A stretch of 63,609 nt of DNA, counting the filler, from Chthonomonadaceae bacterium (GTDB lineage Bacteria; Armatimonadota; Chthonomonadetes; Chthonomonadales; Chthonomonadaceae), in assembly GCA_035650735.1 (NCBI GenBank). It is 5 parts of 5 records of this genome, joined end to end, with 100 filler letters (N's around TTAATTAATTAA, not from the genome) between each part and the next. Parts side by side here need not be neighbours in the genome. Positions count along the whole stretch, not along the records: positions 55,894 to 63,609 come from DASRGZ010000172.1; 4 more parts are not named here. One strand, 5' to 3'. The notes under the pieces were generated by a model. That model did not search any database, was not told where the DNA came from, and was given only the letters and a program-made list of their open reading frames with translations. Below, in pieces: positions 59,742-63,609 of the stretch. The first letter of the stretch is position 1; each line of letters begins with the position of its first letter. Position numbers and translations under genes: made by a program.

Positions 59742-60304
59742 CCTACTACCTCTTCTAACGCCTCGCGTAAGCGCGCCCGTCCCCGGTGCAGCCACGACCG
59801 CACGCTATTGACCGGCACGCCCATCATTTCGGCGATCTCTTCATAAGATAGTCCTTCCAGGAGCCGCAACCCAAGCGCGGCCCGCTGCTGCGGCGGCAGA
59901 AACTCCAACTCTGTCTGAATGCGCGCCCGCTCTTCGGCCCTCCAGAAGCGCGCTTCCGGGTCATCCTCACCGGCAGCCGGGAGGGTATCGGCCAGCAGGT
60001 CGAGCGAGTAGGAGCGCGCAGCCATCTGCGCCGAGGTCTTCTGCGCGCGATTCAGGCAGTGGTTGACCGTCAGGCGGCGCAGCCACGCACCGAACGCGCC
60101 GCGCCCCGCAAACTGACCCAGCGCCTCGTACACCCGCACGAACACTTCCTGCGTGGCGTCCTCGGCGTCCTCTGGATGTCGCAAAATGCTCCGGCACAGG
60201 CGAAACACGGCGTTGTAGTGCCGCTCCACCAGCGCCCGGAAAGCATTCCTATCGCCCGCAAGCGTGCGTGCGACCAGCATTTCGTCCGTTGGGATCCGTT
60301 GCAT
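59735..60304 (-). CDS. ECF sigma factor
   Basis: DAEDATQEVF, WLRRL, LSYEEIAE, VRSWLHRGR. Confidence 0.92.
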   Translation of the reverse strand: MQRIPTDEMLVARTLAGDRNAFRALVERHYNAVFRLCRSILRHPEDAEDATQEVFVRVYEALGQFAGRGAFGAWLRRLTVNHCLNRAQKTSAQMAARSYSLDLLADTLPAAGEDDPEARFWRAEERARIQTELEFLPPQQRAALGLRLLEGLSYEEIAEMMGVPVNSVRSWLHRGRARLREALEEVVGC

Positions 60305-60550
60305 CGTCGTTTCGCCTGCCTCTTCTAGGCGGTCAGAGACGTTATCGCGCGGCTGTATAGAGCCTACTGATACCGCCGCCTTCAATACAGACAGGAAGTC
60401 GCAGCCAAAAGTTACACCGCGCCGCAAAAAAGTCCCGGATTTTTTGCTGGCCCCTTCCATCAAGGAGGAAGGATGAAGAAAAGCCTTGTTCTTTTCATCC
60501 TTCCTCCTTCCGCCTTTAAGCGGGTACTAGCTCCTTGAGAGGATCGCTTG

Positions 60551-61531
60551 CTATCCCCGCTTGCGCGCTCGCGGCTCAGAGAGATAGATCTGCCCGGCGC
60601 TATAGGAGATAAAGAGGATACGGTCGCGCAGCATATCCAATCCGAGGAGCATGGCGGGCCGGTCCCGAAGGCCGAGGTCGGAGAAAACAGGCAGATCCGC
60701 GCCATAGACAACAGCCGAGAAGGGGCGGAGGCGACCAAGCTGAACTTGCCGGAAGACGTAGGGGGTGACGGGAACAACATGCCGGTCGAAACCGCTAAAC
60801 GTGTGGAGTTTGACCGGCCCTCTATCCCTTCCCGGCTTTGCGCCGATCAGGTTCAGCGCCGCTCTGTTTAGCACGCTGTTGAGCGCCCCGGTATCCAGCA
60901 GGGCGGTGATAGGCTGACCGTTAACCTGGACGGGCAAGAATATCTTGCCGCCCACCCGCGTCTTGAACGGCATGGAGGTCATCGGGATCGCGCCGGTTGG
61001 CCTGGCCTTACCGCCTCTGGGAAAGAGGCGTAAGGTGGCGGCAGGCAGGTTGAGCTCCAGATCGAAATTCTGGAGGACGCCATTGCCGATGATGCCGGCA
61101 ATGGGAGGATGGGGCTCGGGCGTCAATCCTTGCAGGTCGATCACCGTCACCAGGCCCCCGAGCGGATATTTGCCGAGGACAAACACGGAGCTAAATTTCA
61201 TGCGCTTGATCGGCAGCATCCCGGAAGCGCCATATCCTCGCACCGTGATGCCGTCGCGGGCCGTATACCCGAGAGCGTCACGGGTGGCCGGGGTGATGCT
61301 AAGCCCTCCACCGGCGGTATCCAGCATAAACGGATAGGCGGTGCCGCTGATGAAAACGGGCACCAGGAGATGGCCGTCCGGGGAAAGGCGAAGCGGAATC
61401 GCGGCGCCCGTGCTCTTCCGGGCGATCATCGGGGGACCGGGAGGCGCGCTTGGGGGAAGAGGGCGGGCGGGCCTCTTCCCGCTGAACGCACCCAGAAGTC
61501 CAATCCAGACCAGACTGGCAACTGCAAACAT
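60551..61531 (-). CDS. Secreted aspartyl protease with two retropepsin domains
   Basis: FMLDTAG..GIIG and ALLDTGA..LLGLD; hydrophobic N-terminus. Confidence 0.82.
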   Translation of the reverse strand: MFAVASLVWIGLLGAFSGKRPARPLPPSAPPGPPMIARKSTGAAIPLRLSPDGHLLVPVFISGTAYPFMLDTAGGGLSITPATRDALGYTARDGITVRGYGASGMLPIKRMKFSSVFVLGKYPLGGLVTVIDLQGLTPEPHPPIAGIIGNGVLQNFDLELNLPAATLRLFPRGGKARPTGAIPMTSMPFKTRVGGKIFLPVQVNGQPITALLDTGALNSVLNRAALNLIGAKPGRDRGPVKLHTFSGFDRHVVPVTPYVFRQVQLGRLRPFSAVVYGADLPVFSDLGLRDRPAMLLGLDMLRDRILFISYSAGQIYLSEPRARKRG

Positions 61532-61753
61532 GTTCGCTCTCCTTTAGCCTTAAGCGGCCTCTTTGCAAGATACGGCTGCGCTGCCGCTCAAGTTGCACCG
61601 TCTTACCTTCCGCAGATCCTCGGCTGCCTCGGGCAGAACTGCATTGGGGCGAGCCTATTTGCATCTACTTTCATTTCCCCGCGCGCCTAAAATCCCGGCC
61701 TCTGGCGGGCAGAAAAAGAGTTGGAATGTCTGTCAACGTCTGCGAACTTCGCG

Positions 61754-61782
61754 TTGCAAAACGACTACCCGTATGGTATACT
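61754..61782 (+). promoter_or_regulatory. Sigma-70 promoter of ilvE
   Basis: TTGCAA-17 nt-TATACT with extended -10 TG. Confidence 0.75.
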
Positions 61783-61867
61783 GAATTCGCGACACACTAG
61801 ACGCGATTACGGAAGCCTGGTTCCTATCTCATTTTAACAGATAGACGGGCGTTTGTGGGGGCAATGC

Positions 61868-62782
61868 ATGGGGGCGCAGCACGGAAACAGCGGCGGAGCG
61901 GGGCAAGGCGAGCAGTGGGTGCATCTCAACGGCAAACTCGTGCCGAAGGCGGAGGCCCACATCTCGATCTATGACCACGGTTTCCTGTATGGCGACGGAG
62001 CCTTCGAGGGCATCCGCGTCTACAGCCGCAACATCTTCCAGTTGGAGCCCCACCTGGCGCGTTTGTACCGTTCCGTACACGCGCTGGGCTTTGAGCTCTG
62101 CATGGACAAAGCAGCGTTACAGAATGCCATCGTGGAAACGGTGCGCGCCAACAACCTGGAATCGGGCTATATCCGTGTGACCGTCTCGCGCGGGGTTGGC
62201 TTAGGTTTAGATCCTAAGCATATTCACCGGGAATCTACCATCGTCATTTCCACCGAGCAGCTACGTCTTTATCCTCAGGAGATGTATGAGCGCGGCCTGG
62301 AGGTCATCACAGCTTCCACCCGCGTGCCGCCTGCCGTCTGTATCGATCCACAGATCAAATCGCTGGGCCGCTATGTCAATAATATCAACGCCAAAATGGA
62401 AGCCAATCGCGTCGGCGCGGGCGAGGCCCTGATGCTCAACCTGGAGGGCAACGTGGCCGAGGCTACCGGAGACAACATCTTCCTCGTCAAGGACGGGGAG
62501 CTGAGCACGCCTCCGACGAGCCAGGGCGCGCTGCCGGGGATCACACGCGGGGTCGTGATGGACCTGGCAAAAGAATTGGGTATCCCCTGCCGACAATCAG
62601 TAATGACTCTTTATGATGTCTATAATGCCGACGAGGCGTTCCTGACCGGCACTGCCGCCGAAGTCATCCCCATGGTGCTCTGTGACGGGCGCATCATTGG
62701 AGAGGGGAAGCCCGGCCCGACGACAGAACGCATTATTCGGGCTTTTCGGCAGATTACGGCTCACGATGGCGTGAAGGTCTGA
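61868..62782 (+). CDS. ilvE: Branched-chain amino acid aminotransferase
   Basis: YGDGAFEGIR, HLARL, LPGITR, ADEAFLTGTAAE. Confidence 0.92.
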   Translation: MGAQHGNSGGAGQGEQWVHLNGKLVPKAEAHISIYDHGFLYGDGAFEGIRVYSRNIFQLEPHLARLYRSVHALGFELCMDKAALQNAIVETVRANNLESGYIRVTVSRGVGLGLDPKHIHRESTIVISTEQLRLYPQEMYERGLEVITASTRVPPAVCIDPQIKSLGRYVNNINAKMEANRVGAGEALMLNLEGNVAEATGDNIFLVKDGELSTPPTSQGALPGITRGVVMDLAKELGIPCRQSVMTLYDVYNADEAFLTGTAAEVIPMVLCDGRIIGEGKPGPTTERIIRAFRQITAHDGVKV

Positions 62783-63459
62783 GGTCGGTCACGGCAAGCC
62801 GGCCCCATTCGACACCAGCGCGGCGCCAGCGCCTACGGTTCCCTCCATTCGGAACCGGGGGTGCGCGGGAGACTTGCCAACAAGTTTCCAACCCCTGGAA
62901 CTTTTCCACGTTCCATCATACTAAAATAAGATAACAGCACGAGACGGTTTTTCACAAAAAAACTCTCTCGCTGCTTTTCCGGAGTCCGGTCAAGGAGCGG
63001 CAAAGCGACTCCGCAACGGGCTTACGGCCTGCCGGCGCTGGGATCAAGCCACGGCACAAAACGGCACGGATTCTGCAATTCCCTCACTAAGAGAACAGGG
63101 CGTGCCGGCAACCAGGGCGGATAAGCAGAAAATAGCGTGTCGCAGAGCGCGCAAGCCGCGCGCCAGCATAGAGCACAGAGTAAGAGCTCCTGACAAAACT
63201 CCGGAACCCCCTTGCTTTCGCGAGGAACAAGGCCGGTTGGGTATTCTTAGTATCCCATAAGAGTATCGCCCTGCGGGCGTGGAGACAACCTCCAACACGG
63301 CGCCGGGCGTGTTGTACAAATAGCATTGCATGAGAGCATCGCCCTGCGGGGGGTGTGCGATAGGAGAGAATTCTGGCCGCCAGCGTCTGAAGGGAACGCG
63401 GAACGAAGTTTCGGCGTCTGATATTCAGGCAGAACGGGCAGAAGGAAGGACGAAGAACC

Positions 63460-63609
63460 ATGTGGCAACGATTTACCGAGCGGGCAAGGCGCGTTGTGTT
63501 CTTCGCTCAGGAAGAGGCCGGACGTCTCGGCGAGAACTATGTTTCCACCGAACACCTGCTGCTGGGCCTGGTGCGCGAGAACGATAGTGTGGCCGCCCGC
63601 ATCCTCGAT
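63460..63609 (+). CDS. clpC: Clp ATPase N-terminus (partial; not in ORF track)
   Basis: MWQRFTERARRVVFFAQEEAGRLGENYVSTEHLLLGL. Confidence 0.85.
   Translation, partial: MWQRFTERARRVVFFAQEEAGRLGENYVSTEHLLLGLVRENDSVAARILD

Noticed and set aside
1..63609. tRNA, rRNA or cas genes
   Set aside because: None recognised by eye; tRNAscan-SE and HMM scans would be needed to exclude them formally.

Overview
GC-rich bacterial DNA made of five unlinked contig pieces joined by artificial N-TTAATTAATTAA-N linkers (12297-12396, 28894-28993, 45942-46041, 55794-55893), so synteny must not be read across them. The ClpC N-terminus suggests Armatimonadota (inference only). Contig 1: FAD oxidoreductase, deoC, HNH endonuclease, PhyH, MlrC, then a decayed mobile island (truncated GNAT, half ISL3, frameshifted MobA/MobL relaxase with oriT, IS3, IS4-like). 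Contig 2: housekeeping genes (ruvA, hisG, aspC, rnc, mtnP, mtnA, apt, hflX). Contig 3: aromatic amino-acid catabolism (phhA, acyl-CoA ligase, hppD, FAH, hmgA, tnaA), sugar ABC transporter, MFS. Contig 4: nuoL/M/N interrupted by accessory genes. Contig 5: SDR, clpS, ECF sigma/anti-sigma, ilvE, clpC start. Best leads: (1) an exact 36-bp CRISPR-repeat-like duplication around a 44-bp insert that interrupts an HEXXH gene, as expected from ectopic Cas1-Cas2 spacer integration; (2) a near-consensus promoter, structured RNA, His-rich leader peptide and terminator upstream of the HNH gene; (3) composite intergenic repeats, one with an inverted core and one flanked by a 14-bp duplication.
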